From: Chroococcales cyanobacterium
Lineage (GTDB): Bacteria; Cyanobacteriota; Cyanobacteriia; Cyanobacteriales; Xenococcaceae
Reading direction: 5' to 3'
Length of the DNA stretch: 64,000 bases
Assembly: GCA_038259125.1 (NCBI GenBank)
Contig: JBBSPC010000001.1
Location: forward strand, 25,190 to 89,189
This document shows, one piece after another, positions 20,838-35,300 of this stretch. The notes below the pieces were generated by a model. It saw nothing but the letters and a program-made list of their open reading frames with translations, had not been told where the DNA came from and ran no database searches. Made by a program: the position numbers and the translations under genes. The first letter of the stretch is position 1. The number at the start of each line of letters is the position of its first letter.

Positions 20838-21818
20838 TCACTTACGTTTAAACGATGCAATTAGAGGATGGTTGGATAATAGAAATCGATCTAGCTTCTT
20901 CAAAGCTGTTGCTTGAGAACAAACATGAGCATGAATAAACAAGCTAACTATCTCGCCGATTAAGTTTTGTAGTTTCTCTGCTGGTTGAGTAGATTGAAAA
21001 TCCAAATACACGTTAGTAGTTGGATCGAAAGGACTAGTAATCGCAAAATGGTTTGCTCCTTCAATCAAAAGCAGATAACTATCATTTCTGCCACCCATGA
21101 TTGCTTCAATAAAGGTACGCTCGATTGGTGTTGTTGGTCGTTCCCAAGTCACTCCATAGTTGGAGCCACTATTTGCTATTACACCATCGCTAGTTCCGCC
21201 TATTAACAACAATGGTTTTGTGTCAGGCAAAGGTAAAATTGTATTCGGGGGATAACCTAGCTTAACAGCACCCGCTGTATGCGCTCCATAAGCAAAAGCA
21301 GCTACCACTTGGGGGAAAAAATCCGACCGAGCGTTTTCTATGGCAATTCTACCTCCAGCAGAATGCCCGCCCAAAACAATTTGTTCCAAGTCAAGCAATC
21401 CTGCTAAAACTCCTTCAGCTTGTAACTGTTCTAGCGCAGACAACAGCGTGGGCAAAGCCGAGGCAGTAGAAGCAGTACCATAAGTATTAGGTGCTAGCAT
21501 TTTGATGTCAACACCTGGGGTAATACCAACAATACCTGGTATATTCTGGGCAACCCAAGAAAATGTAATCACCACCAAACCCTGTTCTGCTAATTTAACC
21601 GCCAACCATTGATACAGTTCTCCAGCACAGTTGATACCGTTGAACAAAATGATAATTTTGAATGGGGAATATTGAGAATTGGCAGGAACAACACCTAAAA
21701 TTTTTGTTTTATCTCTTTCCTTTATTTGAGCAGGATAGAAGATCTTCAGATGAATGGTGTCATAGGGAGGTGAAGCATGAGCAACTTTGGCAGCGTAGAA
21801 AAATGCTCGAACATTCAT
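20838..21818 (-). CDS. Alpha/beta-hydrolase fold protein
   Basis: Nucleophile elbow GHSAGG, candidate Asp (GTSDG) and candidate His (GANHF). Confidence 0.8.
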   Translation of the reverse strand: MNVRAFFYAAKVAHASPPYDTIHLKIFYPAQIKERDKTKILGVVPANSQYSPFKIIILFNGINCAGELYQWLAVKLAEQGLVVITFSWVAQNIPGIVGITPGVDIKMLAPNTYGTASTASALPTLLSALEQLQAEGVLAGLLDLEQIVLGGHSAGGRIAIENARSDFFPQVVAAFAYGAHTAGAVKLGYPPNTILPLPDTKPLLLIGGTSDGVIANSGSNYGVTWERPTTPIERTFIEAIMGGRNDSYLLLIEGANHFAITSPFDPTTNVYLDFQSTQPAEKLQNLIGEIVSLFIHAHVCSQATALKKLDRFLLSNHPLIASFKRK

Positions 21819-22002
21819 TAAACATTAATTTCTGCTAATTGTTTTATTGGTTCAGTATTAAATAATGTCCAACTTCCTGATATTACAGTGTCAGGACAAT
21901 GTAAATTCTTTTTTTATTTCTCATAGGTGTTTATAAATTAATAATGTCAGTCATCAATTCATAAGCATTTTTACCAACCTGACTCTCTAAATAGAAAAAC
22001 AT

Positions 22003-23226
22003 TCAGCTATTTAGTGCTAACTGTCCTTCGTACCAAATTGATTCGATTTGCTCGATCATTGATTTAGCTTGAGACAGTTGTTCGGAATCTAAGACAACAG
22101 TAACATGACCTAGTTTTCTGCCAGGGTGGGATGTTTTGCCGTACCAATGGACAAAACTATGGGCAATGGCTAAAATGCGATCGCGTTTCTCTAAATATTC
22201 AGACTTAGACTCTTCGTAACCTAGCAGGTTAACCATTAACGCACCCGCAGATTTTAAACTTGTATTTTCCAAAGGTAAGTCCGTAACTGCTCTTAACTGC
22301 ATGGCAAACTGAGAAGTATTACAGCCATCAAGAGTATAATGCCCTGAATTATGGGTACGAGGGGCAATTTCATTAACCAATACTCGGTTGTCAGCGGTGA
22401 GAAAGAATTCTATACCAAATACCCCAACTACTCTTAGCTTATCTAAAATCTTGCGAGCGATCGCCTTTACTTCCTTTATAATCCGATCGTCGATATTGGC
22501 AGGAGTAATTGTCCAGTGACATACCTGATTTTTCTGGTAGGTTTCGGTGACGGGGTAAATAGCAATTTCTCCAGAAACATTACGAGCAGCAATAATACCT
22601 AATTCTCGTTCAAAGGGAATAAATTCCTCGACTAGCAATTCTTGTACGGGAACTTCGCGATCTAGTGTAGCTAAAGCTTGAGCATCCTTAACAATAAAAG
22701 TTCCCTGTCCATCGTAACCGTGGCGACGAGCTTTTAAAACTACGGGAAATCCATAGTTAGATTCAATATCACTTTGAAAAGAGGAAACGCGTTTTTGCAA
22801 GGTGCTTGTTCCACCCTCCTGTTGGGATGACCATAGGCTGAATTTGGGTACTGGGATACCAATATCTTTTAAATAGCTACGCTGATCGTGTTTATCTAGC
22901 AAAGGCACGAGAGTATCTAAGCTAGGACGAAAACATATTCCTGATTGAGCTAGTTTCTGTAACGCTTCTAGATCGATAAATTCGTTTTCAAAGGTAATAA
23001 CATCACATATACTGGCTAATTTAGCTGTAGCATCTGCATCATCCACATCAGCTAAAACCACTTGCTCAGATAGACATACGGCTGGATCATCTTGGTTTGG
23101 AGTTTGTACAATTAGCTTGATACCTAGATTTGGTGCTTCTGCTGCCATCATCCAAGCCAATTGTCCACCACCGATCACGCCGACTCGTTTGCCTTCCATG
23201 CTTCCTCTAGCTGTTTTCCCTAACAA
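22003..23226 (-). CDS. purK: N5-CAIR synthase
   Basis: GVIGGGQLAWMM, ITFENE, KARRHGYDGQG, NEIAPRTHNSGH, HWYGK..PGRKLGHVT. Confidence 0.95.
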   Translation of the reverse strand: MLGKTARGSMEGKRVGVIGGGQLAWMMAAEAPNLGIKLIVQTPNQDDPAVCLSEQVVLADVDDADATAKLASICDVITFENEFIDLEALQKLAQSGICFRPSLDTLVPLLDKHDQRSYLKDIGIPVPKFSLWSSQQEGGTSTLQKRVSSFQSDIESNYGFPVVLKARRHGYDGQGTFIVKDAQALATLDREVPVQELLVEEFIPFERELGIIAARNVSGEIAIYPVTETYQKNQVCHWTITPANIDDRIIKEVKAIARKILDKLRVVGVFGIEFFLTADNRVLVNEIAPRTHNSGHYTLDGCNTSQFAMQLRAVTDLPLENTSLKSAGALMVNLLGYEESKSEYLEKRDRILAIAHSFVHWYGKTSHPGRKLGHVTVVLDSEQLSQAKSMIEQIESIWYEGQLALNS

Positions 23227-23319
23227 TTAGTTTACTAGCTAGCTTAAATTTTTAAAGCTTTTGCTAAAATCTATCAGAACCAAGCTAATTTATCTTATTG
23301 CAACATTTTTTAATATTCC

Positions 23320-23640
23320 TTAAACATCGTCCAGAATCCATTCGGAACTGCGTTCACCCAAATCTAGTTGAAGGCTGACGGCTTTACCTAATCTAGGACG
23401 TTCTTTAGTTTTCTGAATAAACGACTGTAGCTGCTCTACACCATTCCAAGCGTTGAGATAATTAGCGATCGCATTTAAATTCTCCGCGTATTCTTGAGGA
23501 GACAGGGGAAAAGAGGCTTGTTCGAGGTATTTCCACATTACCTGCACAAAAATTCTGCCCTTGACTTTTCTCAGTTGCACATCATAGGAACAGCCCCACT
23601 TTTCTAATAAAAGCTGGTGCAATTGTTCGCCTGTAATCAT
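23320..23640 (-). CDS. DUF3067 family protein
   Basis: LLLEKWGCSYDVQLR..VQVMWKYLEQASFPL..RPRLGKAVS; divergent from petC. Confidence 0.85.
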   Translation of the reverse strand: MITGEQLHQLLLEKWGCSYDVQLRKVKGRIFVQVMWKYLEQASFPLSPQEYAENLNAIANYLNAWNGVEQLQSFIQKTKERPRLGKAVSLQLDLGERSSEWILDDV

Positions 23641-23758
23641 ATTTTTATCAAAAAAGAAACTAACTGGGAGTGGAATCGATACTCAATCTCTGTAATAATT
23701 TAATACATTGGTTCATAATCCTAAGTTTACAAAAAATACAATTTATCTATAGTTAGTT

Positions 23759-24316
23759 ATGGCTCAAATTTCTGGCAACGTTCCTAACATGGACGACAAT
23801 GATGTCCCCGATCTGGGACGAAGACAATTCATGAACTTGCTTACCTTTGGCTCAATCACAGGAGTAGCCTTGGGAGCTTTATATCCAGTAGTAAAATATT
23901 TTATTCCTAATACTGGTGATGGTGGTGCTGGTGGGGTAACTGCTAAAGACGCTCTAGGTAACGATATTGTCGTTAGCGAATTTTTAGCAGAACATCAACC
24001 AGGCGATCGCACTTTGGCACAAGGTCTTAAAGGTGACCCGACTTATATTGTCATTGAAGGAGACTCAACCCTGCGTAACTACGGTATTAATGCCGTATGT
24101 ACTCACTTGGGTTGTGTAGTTCCTTGGAACGCTAGTGAAAACAAATTCATCTGTCCTTGCCATGGCTCTCAGTATAATGATGCTGGTAAAGTAGTTAGAG
24201 GTCCTGCACCTTTATCATTGCAACTAGTTCACGCTGAAGAAAAAGACGACAAACTAGTATTTAGTCAGTGGACAGAAACAGACTTTCGTACTGACAAAAA
24301 ACCTTATTGGGTGTAA
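23759..24316 (+). CDS. petC: Cytochrome b6f Rieske iron-sulfur subunit
   Basis: Tat-like RRQFM, CTHLGC and CPCHGS. Confidence 0.98.
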   Translation: MAQISGNVPNMDDNDVPDLGRRQFMNLLTFGSITGVALGALYPVVKYFIPNTGDGGAGGVTAKDALGNDIVVSEFLAEHQPGDRTLAQGLKGDPTYIVIEGDSTLRNYGINAVCTHLGCVVPWNASENKFICPCHGSQYNDAGKVVRGPAPLSLQLVHAEEKDDKLVFSQWTETDFRTDKKPYWV

Positions 24317-24360
24317 AGAAACGGTGAGGGATAAAGGATGAGGGATGAAGAAACAAAGAA
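24317..24360. repeat. Purine-rich heptamer (STRR-like) repeats
   Basis: GGTGAGG GATAAAG GATGAGG GATGAAG between petC and petA. Confidence 0.45.
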
Positions 24361-24448
24361 ATTTCCTTACCCGTGAATTTTGAGTCTTGTTATCAACACC
24401 AAATATTTATTCATAAAATTAATCTTTTTGGGATTATCGATCAAACAA

Positions 24449-25435
24449 ATGAGAACATTGAAACCATTGGCAGTTACTAAACTTGCTCAACAGGTAATTG
24501 CTAAATCTGCGATTGTGGCGATCGCGACTATTGCTATTTTCTTTGCTAGTGATATTGCTATTTCCCAGTCGGCTGCTGCATATCCTTTTTGGGCGCAACA
24601 AACTGCTCCAGAAACTCCTAGAGAAGCTACAGGCAGAATTGTCTGTGCTAACTGCCACCTAGCAGCAAAAGAAGCAGAAGTAGAAATTCCGCAGTCAGTC
24701 TTACCTGACACTGTATTTGAAGCTGTAGTCAAGATCCCTTACGACTTAGAAAGTCAACAGGTGCTTGGAGATGGTTCAAAAGGCGGTTTGAACGTTGGTG
24801 CAGTCTTGATGCTGCCTCAAGGATTTAAAATCGCTCCTGAAGACCGTATTCCCGAATCCATGAAGGAGGAATCAGCGGGTGTTTACTTCCAAGAGTATAA
24901 AGAAGGCGATGATAACGTAGTTCTTGTCGGACCTCTTCCTGGTGACCAATATCAAGAAATTACTTTCCCCGTACTTTCTCCTAATCCCAAGACAGACAAA
25001 AATATCCGTTTTGGTAAGTATCCAGTTCATTTAGGAGCTAATCGAGGACGCGGTCAAATATATCCTACTGGTGAAGCAAGCAACAACAACCAAATTAAAG
25101 CTTCTGCTGCGGGAACAATTGCTTCTATTGCACCTCAAGAAGCTGGTGGTTACGAAGTTACTATCAATACAGGCGATGGTACTGCAACTGATACTGTTCC
25201 TGCTGGTCCTGAATTAATCGTTGCTGAAGGACAGCAAGTTGCTGAAGGCGAAGCTTTAACTAACAATCCCAACGTTGGTGGTTTTGGACAGATGGATACT
25301 GAAGTAGTTCTGCAAAGTCCTGCTCGTATCGCTGGTCTGATGGCTTTTGCTGGCGGTATTATGATTTGCCAAATTCTACTGGTAATTAAGAAGAAACAGG
25401 TAGAAAGAGTTCAAGCAGCAGAAATGAATTTCTAG
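24449..25435 (+). CDS. petA: Apocytochrome f; probable start is ATG 24449, not TTG 24380
   Basis: YPFWAQQ mature N-terminus, CANCH heme motif, C-terminal anchor and [15 protein letters not shown]. Confidence 0.98.
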   Translation: MRTLKPLAVTKLAQQVIAKSAIVAIATIAIFFASDIAISQSAAAYPFWAQQTAPETPREATGRIVCANCHLAAKEAEVEIPQSVLPDTVFEAVVKIPYDLESQQVLGDGSKGGLNVGAVLMLPQGFKIAPEDRIPESMKEESAGVYFQEYKEGDDNVVLVGPLPGDQYQEITFPVLSPNPKTDKNIRFGKYPVHLGANRGRGQIYPTGEASNNNQIKASAAGTIASIAPQEAGGYEVTINTGDGTATDTVPAGPELIVAEGQQVAEGEALTNNPNVGGFGQMDTEVVLQSPARIAGLMAFAGGIMICQILLVIKKKQVERVQAAEMNF

Positions 25436-25467
25436 TTCATTTTTCTGTAATTTGAATTAAATAAATC

Positions 25468-25497
25468 AAAGGCAGGTTTTATACCTGTCTTTTTTTG
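25468..25497 (+). terminator. Intrinsic terminator after petCA
   Basis: AAAGGCAGGT-loop-ACCTGTCTTT followed by a T run. Confidence 0.7.
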
Positions 25498-25724
25498 TGA
25501 AAAACACCATTTGAATGAACGTTTTAGCTAATTACAAAAGTTAAGATTGGCACATTAATTTTCCAGCTTTAAATAAGCTAAAAGATTGAGTAAAACATTT
25601 ATTGGATAGCCTTTAGAGCTTAAAAGTAAAGATAGGCGATCGCTCTATTTAAAATTCTGATAACAGTACATACTTCTTAATAATACCCCTGATCGAGACC
25701 AAAACGTTTTAATCTAAAAGCTGA

Positions 25725-28460
<2,736 letters not shown>

Positions 28461-29153
28461 AACTGAAGCAATCTACATTATTAAGTAATCAATATCTGTG
28501 ATTGGTAAACTCAGTTCCTTATTAACTGAAGACTCAAAAAATCACCTACATGATATTGGTTACTTATCTCCTATTCCTCAAGGGTAAAAAGGGTCTAGCG
28601 AAAAAACCCTTGACCGTGGAAGGTCGACAAAATCTAACATTAAATTCTGTTAAGGTAAACTAATAAACCTCAACAAAATATTAGATGATAGTTAGGTTGG
28701 GTTATCGCTCAAATAAAAAATTAGCCTTTTGAGATTAGCAATACTGCAAACTCAAGGGCATTTTAAAAGCAAAAGTTAGCGTAGAGCAATATTTATAATC
28801 TGTATTTTATGTATTGACTCTATGTAAAAGTTTGTTAAGGCAGTAGCTACTTTTTGCACATTAGTTTGGGCAAGCTGCAATACTAATTTGTAGCTAAAAG
28901 TTGAAAACTGGGTAACAAAACAAAGTAACCTATTATCCAGAGGGATTTTACCAGCAACAGCCAAGCGTAGATTTTAAACTATAGAACCTAAGTTTAGTTG
29001 CACAGCCTTATTTGACCATAGTTAAAGCTGAAAGCTCAGGCTAAATGCTTTGGGTGGTTTAAAGGGTAGCTGGAAATCTTGTTCAGATAAAACTATCGAC
29101 TTAAAGATAGCTTGTTAATTATTTGATTTCATTGTATTGGGAGGAATCCATCG

Positions 29154-29639
29154 ATGAGTATAGTCACGAAATCCATCGTGAACGCCGATGCAGAGGCTCG
29201 TTACTTGAGTCCTGGCGAATTAGAAAGAATTAAATCTTTTGTCACAACTGGTGAAAGCCGTTTGCGTATTGCTCAAACTCTAACTGAGTCTCGTGAGCGT
29301 ATCGTTAAACAAGCTGGCGATCAGTTATTTCAAAAGCGTCCTGATGTTGTTTCTCCTGGCGGTAACGCCTATGGCGAAGAAATGACAGCAACCTGTCTTC
29401 GTGACATGGACTACTACTTACGCCTAATTACTTATGGTGTAGTAGCTGGCGATGTAACTCCAATTGAAGAAATTGGTTTAGTTGGTGCTAAAGAGATGTA
29501 TAAATCTTTAGGTACTGACGTTGGTGCTATGGCTCAAAGCATCCGTGAAATGAAAAACGTAGCTACTTCTATGATGTCTGGTGATGACACTAATGAAGCT
29601 GCTTCTTATTTCGATTACGTTATCGGAGCTATGCAGTAA
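29154..29639 (+). CDS. apcA: Allophycocyanin alpha subunit
   Basis: [30 protein letters not shown]. Confidence 0.99.
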   Translation: MSIVTKSIVNADAEARYLSPGELERIKSFVTTGESRLRIAQTLTESRERIVKQAGDQLFQKRPDVVSPGGNAYGEEMTATCLRDMDYYLRLITYGVVAGDVTPIEEIGLVGAKEMYKSLGTDVGAMAQSIREMKNVATSMMSGDDTNEAASYFDYVIGAMQ

Positions 29640-29748
29640 GTATTTAATTTATACTTTGCTGATATACCAGTAACAAACTTTTTCAAACAACACACTAACT
29701 TATCAGTGTTAAATAATTTAAGACTAGGTGAGATAAGGAAACAAAACT

Positions 29749-30234
29749 ATGCAAGACGCAATTACCTCTGTAATTAATTCGGCTGACGTTCAAGGCAGAT
29801 ACCTCGATGGTGCTGCTATGGACAAGTTAAAAAGCTATTTTCAAACTGGTCAAGTAAGAGTCCGTGCAGCCAGTGTAATCAGTGCAAACGCAGCTAGCAT
29901 CGTTAAAGAAGCTGTAGCAAAGTCATTGCTATATTCTGATGTTACTCGTCCTGGTGGCAATATGTACACCACTCGTCGCTATGCAGCTTGTATTCGCGAC
30001 TTAGACTATTACCTTCGTTATTCTACCTACGCAATGCTAGCTGGAGATCCTTCCATTCTAGATGAGCGTGTACTTAACGGTTTGAAAGAAACTTATAACT
30101 CTTTAGGAGTTCCTGTTTCTTCTACAGTTCAAGCTATCCAAGCTATGAAAGAAGTAACCGCTAGTTTAGTAGGTGCTGATGCTGGTAAAGAAATGGGCGT
30201 TTATTTCGACTATATCTGCTCTGGCTTAAGCTAA
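29749..30234 (+). CDS. apcB: Allophycocyanin beta subunit
   Basis: [27 protein letters not shown]. Confidence 0.99.
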   Translation: MQDAITSVINSADVQGRYLDGAAMDKLKSYFQTGQVRVRAASVISANAASIVKEAVAKSLLYSDVTRPGGNMYTTRRYAACIRDLDYYLRYSTYAMLAGDPSILDERVLNGLKETYNSLGVPVSSTVQAIQAMKEVTASLVGADAGKEMGVYFDYICSGLS

Positions 30235-30505
30235 ATTCTTTTTTGACCTGGAGCTAGACGTAGGATAGTTAACGTATAGATTCGGGAAGTCTAGAGTGAG
30301 TGCTAGTTCTGATAAAGCTTAGTTTTTCGAGCGCGAAGGAAAGATAAGTTTAGACGATCTAGTATTGACTCCTGACTCCCGAATTTTGGCATTTTAAGAC
30401 TATTCAATAATTTAAACAGCATCAAACAGCCAACATAATTTTTGCTGATTAAAACTTGTTAGAAGATTAAACTTTTTTTTATTCAATTAGGAGAGAATTC
30501 ATCTC

Positions 30506-30709
30506 ATGCGTATGTTTAAGGTGACTGCTTGTGTTCCCAGTCAAACTAGAATTCGTACTCAAAGAGAACTGCAAAATACTTTCTTTACTAAGCTTGTACC
30601 TTACGATAATTGGTTTCGCGAACAACAGCGAATCATGAAAATGGGTGGCAAAATCATCAAAGTAGAGTTGGCAACAGGTAAACAAGGTATGAATACAGGT
30701 TTGTCATAA
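30506..30709 (+). CDS. apcC: Phycobilisome 7.8 kDa core linker
   Basis: MRMFKVTACVPSQTRIRTQRELQNTFFTKLVPYDNWFREQQRI. Confidence 0.98.
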   Translation: MRMFKVTACVPSQTRIRTQRELQNTFFTKLVPYDNWFREQQRIMKMGGKIIKVELATGKQGMNTGLS

Positions 30710-30817
30710 GATAATTAATGTGAGTTTGAGTTAACGTCATATCACTGTGAAACTATGGTGTAACGTTGACCGTCTTCCGCAATAAAAAAGAGGTCAGATA
30801 GACCTCTTTTTTATTGC
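30710..30817 (+). ncRNA. Candidate ApcZ-like 3'-derived sRNA region
   Basis: Same position as Synechocystis ApcZ (apcC 3' end to terminator). It contains CTATGGTGTA, antisense to a TAC-ACC-ATA-G (Y-T-I) OCP-like start region. Positional inference only. Confidence 0.35.
30779..30817 (+). terminator. Strong bidirectional-type terminator after apcABC
   Basis: Perfect 17-bp stem GCAATAAAAAAGAGGTC-AGATA-GACCTCTTTTTTATTGC. Confidence 0.85.
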
Positions 30818-30996
30818 TTGAATCGACACAATTTGGACAATATAAAATTAGCAAAAAAAATAAACACAAGCTCTAAGTCTTTACAGTTAAGTCTTTCTCA
30901 TTTTGTTTTTTGACTTATTTCCCAGATAAGGCTCACGTATAGCGACTAAGCTGTTACCTTTGAACAGGAAAAACTATATTTGTTAAAATTTTAACC

Positions 30997-32187
30997 GTGA
31001 GGCAATATCTCGGATACTTAATTCCTTTTATCGATCCTAAAATCAAGTTTTGGACATGGGAAGCTCGCCTATTAAATTGGTTGACCTGTGTTTGGTTAAT
31101 CATTGGTTTAGTTACTTTAGTGTCAGCCTCTTATCCTGAAGGAATTGTCAACAACAATGATGGGCTATACATTTTTAAACGACAGCTAATCGGAGTTGGG
31201 GTAGGAATTTTTGGATTCAATTTTATGGCAAATCAACCCCTCAAAAAAACTATCAGGATTTCTCCTGTGATGGTTTTGGTTTTTCTTCTATTTATCTTTG
31301 CTACCTTAATTCCAGGTTTAGGTAAGACAACCATGGGAGCTAGTCGCTGGATTGCTATTGGACCATTTTCATTACAGCCATCAGAATTAATCAAACCTTT
31401 TCTAGTACTGCAGGCAGCTTATTTATTTTCTCGCTGGGGAAAGCTAACAAATAAGATACGTCTAGTTTGGCTAGCTGTGTTTGCGTTGGTATTGGCAGGA
31501 ATTCTCAAACAGCCCAATTTAAGTACTACGGGATTATGTGGTATGAGTTTGTGGTTGATTGCTTTGGCAGCAGAATTACCTTGGAGTCAGCTAATGGCAG
31601 TTTCTGTGAGTGGAATAAGCATAGCTAGCTTGAGTATTGCTTTGAATCCTTATCAGCTAGACCGAATTACTTCTTTTATTAATCCCTGGAAAGATTACCA
31701 TAATAAAGGATACCAGCTAATTCAAAGTTTATTAGCGATCGCCTCGGGCAGATTTGATGGTTCAGGTTTTGGATTATCGCAACAAAAATTATCATATTTA
31801 CCAATTCGCTCTACAGACTTTATTTTTGCGGTTTATGCCGAGGAATTTGGCTTTATTGGCTGTGTGCTACTATTGTTGCTGATTATTGGCTATGGAACAT
31901 TAGCTTTGAGGGTAGCCATTAAATGTCGCCAAAGTATCCCCAGATTAGTCGCCGTAGGAAGTATGGTATTTATCGTTGGTCAATCATTGATCAACATTGG
32001 AGTAGCAACAGGTTGTTTGCCTACCACTGGACTGCCGTTACCCTTCTTTAGCTATGGCATCAATTCAATTATTGCCTCATTATTGCTGGCTGGATTGTTG
32101 GTGCGAGTTGCCAGAGAAAGTAATACTTCTAAGGTAATTAACTTCAAAGAAATTTCTCCGACTCAGCAGCTTTTAACTAGGAAATAA
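30997..32187 (+). CDS. ftsW: SEDS family peptidoglycan polymerase (FtsW/RodA)
   Basis: GASRWI..QPSELIKP, KQPNLST, GYQLIQS, TDFIFAVYAEEFG, PTTGLPLPFFSYG. Confidence 0.88.
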   Translation: MRQYLGYLIPFIDPKIKFWTWEARLLNWLTCVWLIIGLVTLVSASYPEGIVNNNDGLYIFKRQLIGVGVGIFGFNFMANQPLKKTIRISPVMVLVFLLFIFATLIPGLGKTTMGASRWIAIGPFSLQPSELIKPFLVLQAAYLFSRWGKLTNKIRLVWLAVFALVLAGILKQPNLSTTGLCGMSLWLIALAAELPWSQLMAVSVSGISIASLSIALNPYQLDRITSFINPWKDYHNKGYQLIQSLLAIASGRFDGSGFGLSQQKLSYLPIRSTDFIFAVYAEEFGFIGCVLLLLLIIGYGTLALRVAIKCRQSIPRLVAVGSMVFIVGQSLINIGVATGCLPTTGLPLPFFSYGINSIIASLLLAGLLVRVARESNTSKVINFKEISPTQQLLTRK

Positions 32188-32303
32188 AAAATGATAATAC
32201 AATAGGGCATCCAAACTTAATTAAGATTAAATTAGTAATCAAAACAAATCTAACTAAGCATCTAGTTAAAATTTTCTGCCTTATTTTCTAATCTGGATTA
32301 ACT

Positions 32304-35300
32304 ATGTCCACTCCCGACAGGTATCTATTCAATTCTGCCTTTAAAGTCACCAATTCTGAGAAAAAAATGCACGTTCCTGGCTCAATTATTGGTAATCGTT
32401 ATCAGATTATTCAAAAGTTAGGTAGAGAAGAAATAAGAAAAACTTACTTAGCTAAAGATTTACAGGCTACAGGAGATGCCAGATGTGCTGTGGAGCAGTT
32501 AAGTCCAGTCTGTAATAAGACAAATTGGCAGCTTATTAAGCAACACCTAATTAAAGAGGTAGAGGTTCTTAAAAGGCTGGGAGATCACCCCCAAATTCCT
32601 CAATTTTATAATTACTTTATCGAAGACCAGCAGTTTTATCTGGTTCGAGAGTACATTGATGGGGATAATTTAGAGCAGGAAGTTGAGCGTAAAGTACTAG
32701 ATGAAGCAAAAGTAATTCCTCTAATGCAAGATGCCTTGAGAATTCTCGATTTTGTTCACAAAACTAACGTTATTCACCGTGATGTTCAACCAATTCACTT
32801 AGTTAGAAGAAAACGTGATAATAACTTTGTTTTAATTAATTTTGGGGCTATTCGAGAGATCGAATCAACAACACTTAATTTTCAAGGAGAAGTAATCTCT
32901 GGCAAATCTTTAGGTGATTGGGCTTATATTGCTCCAGAGCAGCAATCAGGAGAATCTAACTTTAGTAGCGATATTTATGCCCTTGCTCAAACCGCTATTT
33001 ATGCCTTGACGGGAAAATCTCCCCAGGAACTTGAGCAAGCAAATACTACTTGGCAAAGTCAGTGTCAGATAAGCTCTAAGCTAGAGGCAATTCTCAGCAG
33101 AATGACGTTATTCAACATTGAAGAACGATATCCCTCTGCTCTAGAAGTTTTGTATGATTTACGACCATTACTTAGGCTTAAGCAGACAGTAGGAGGACGT
33201 TATGCTATTACTCGTTATTTAGGCGGAAAAAGAAGAATAGAAACTTATTTAGCTGACAATCTACGCCGTCAATATCAGTCTCCTTGTTTAATTAAGCAAA
33301 TTGAATTACCGAATGTTCAGGGTAATGGCGAGACCACAATAGAAAAGCGTTTTGTCGAAGAATTATCAATTTTAGAAAGATTAGGGTATCACGAGCAAAT
33401 CCCTCAGCTTAGAGATCATTTTACAGAAAATGATGAATTTTATTTGGTTCAAGAATATATTCCAGGAGAAAATCTAGCTCTGAAAATAGAGCAGCAAGAT
33501 TTATCCGCCACTCAAATAATCAATATTTTAATTAGTACTCTGGGAGTTCTAAATTTTATTCATCAAAACCATATTATTCATCGTAATATTAGACCTTCCA
33601 ATTTACTAATTCGCCCAGAAGATCAGCAGGTGGTACTTACTGACTTTGGAATTTTGGCAGATATAGGAACTTTGCCCAATGCTACTTTGGACTCTAGTCA
33701 AACTCAGGATAAGCAAAACTATTGTTCTCCTGAACAAATTGCTGGGAGACCAACGATTAGCAGCGATCTCTATGCTTTGGGCATGACAGCAATAGAGGCT
33801 TTGACTAAAATTAAACCAGGTAGGTTTTCTAGAGATAGGCACACGGGTAAGCTACTATGGCAGGAAAATCTGGCGGTTGATCGTCGTCTTGCCAAAATTA
33901 TTGACAAAATGGTTTATTTGGATTTGGGTCAACGTTATCAATCTGCGTCCAAGATTCTTGATGATCTGCGAAAAATTAAATCTGTTTCTAACTTAGCAAC
34001 CAGAAAACCACTAAAGCAGAAACAAAGAAAAACTGCAAATCATCCACAGTCTCAGTCTCAATTTAAACTACCTGTATTACCAGCTTTAATCGGCTTGTTA
34101 GGTCTGATCTTTTTATTAGGAAGTATTGAATTTGCTTTTCCTACAGTTAGACCGATTTATTACTGGTATCAGGGAAAAAAATTATTGCCTAAAAAACCTC
34201 AAGCTGCTCTCAATATTTTTACAAAAGCCATTGAGCTTAAACCTGGCAGTTCTCTTGCTTGGTCAGGAAGGGGAGATGCCTTATATGATTTAGGACGTTA
34301 TTCCAAAGCTTTAGAAGCATATTCTGAAGCTTTGGAATCAAGTAAAGCCGACTTTAAAATTTGGAAAAAACAGGGAGACAGTTACTATCAATTAGAACAG
34401 TTTACCAAAGCGATCGCTGCTTATAATCGCGCTTTAGAATTAGAACAAGATGATGGGGAATTATATAATCATAAAGGTAAAGCTCTATACGAGTTACAAA
34501 ACTACCCAGCAGCCTTGAGTATGCAGGACTCTGCCATAGCCTTAGATGAGTCTAATGCTGAGTTTTTAAGCGATCACGCTAAGAATTTACTCGCCTTAAA
34601 TAAATATTATGAAGCTTTGACGGTGCTTAATCGAGTTCAGGCAATTAAACATTCTAGCGTAGAACTATGGCAAGATAAACCTTTAGTCTTAGCAGCTTTA
34701 GACCGTCCTCAAGAAGCAAAGCGAGTCAATCAAGAAATTATTGGCAACTATCAAAAATTACTGCAAACACAACCTCAAGATGCCCAAATATGGCTAACAC
34801 AAGCAGAGTTTTTTGCTAATAGCCAAATGTACCAAAAAGCCGTCAATTCCTTTGAACAGGCAATTAAATTACAGCCTAGTTTCTACCAGGCTTGGCTAGG
34901 TAAAGGAAAAGCCTTAGCAGAATTAAATCAAGGGCAAAAAGCTTTAACCGCCTTGGACAAAGCTTTGCAAATTCGACCAGAATCATATCTGGCTTGGCAA
35001 GCCAAAGGTCAAGTATATCAAAATCAGCAAAACAATTTAGCTGAGGCGATCGCCAGCTACGATCGGGCTATTGCCTTTAACCCTAATTATGCTCCTCTTT
35101 GGCGCGATCGCGGATTGGCGTTTAATCAGCAACAGAACTACATGCAAGGCATTGAATCTTTAACTAAAGCCAGCAAAATCGCGCCCCAAGATCAGGCAAC
35201 CTGGATCGGTTTAGCTACCGCCTGGGATATAGTTGGTCAAGACACTAAAGCCTTAAATGCTCTAGATCGCGCTCTTGAAATTCAACCACAAAATGTTGAT

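Noticed and set aside
22785-22830. Possible repeat-derived in-frame insertion in purK (SQQEGGTSTLQKRVSS)
   Set aside because: It looks like extra loop sequence, but there is no second copy in the window and I cannot align orthologues.
23692-23706. NtcA box upstream of petC
   Set aside because: The GTA..TAC spacer is 9 nt, not the required 8.
28461-29153. Long apcE-apcA intergenic region as a hidden gene or ncRNA
   Set aside because: A long apcA promoter/5' UTR is expected, the 62-aa antisense ORF has no motifs, and no convincing structure was found.
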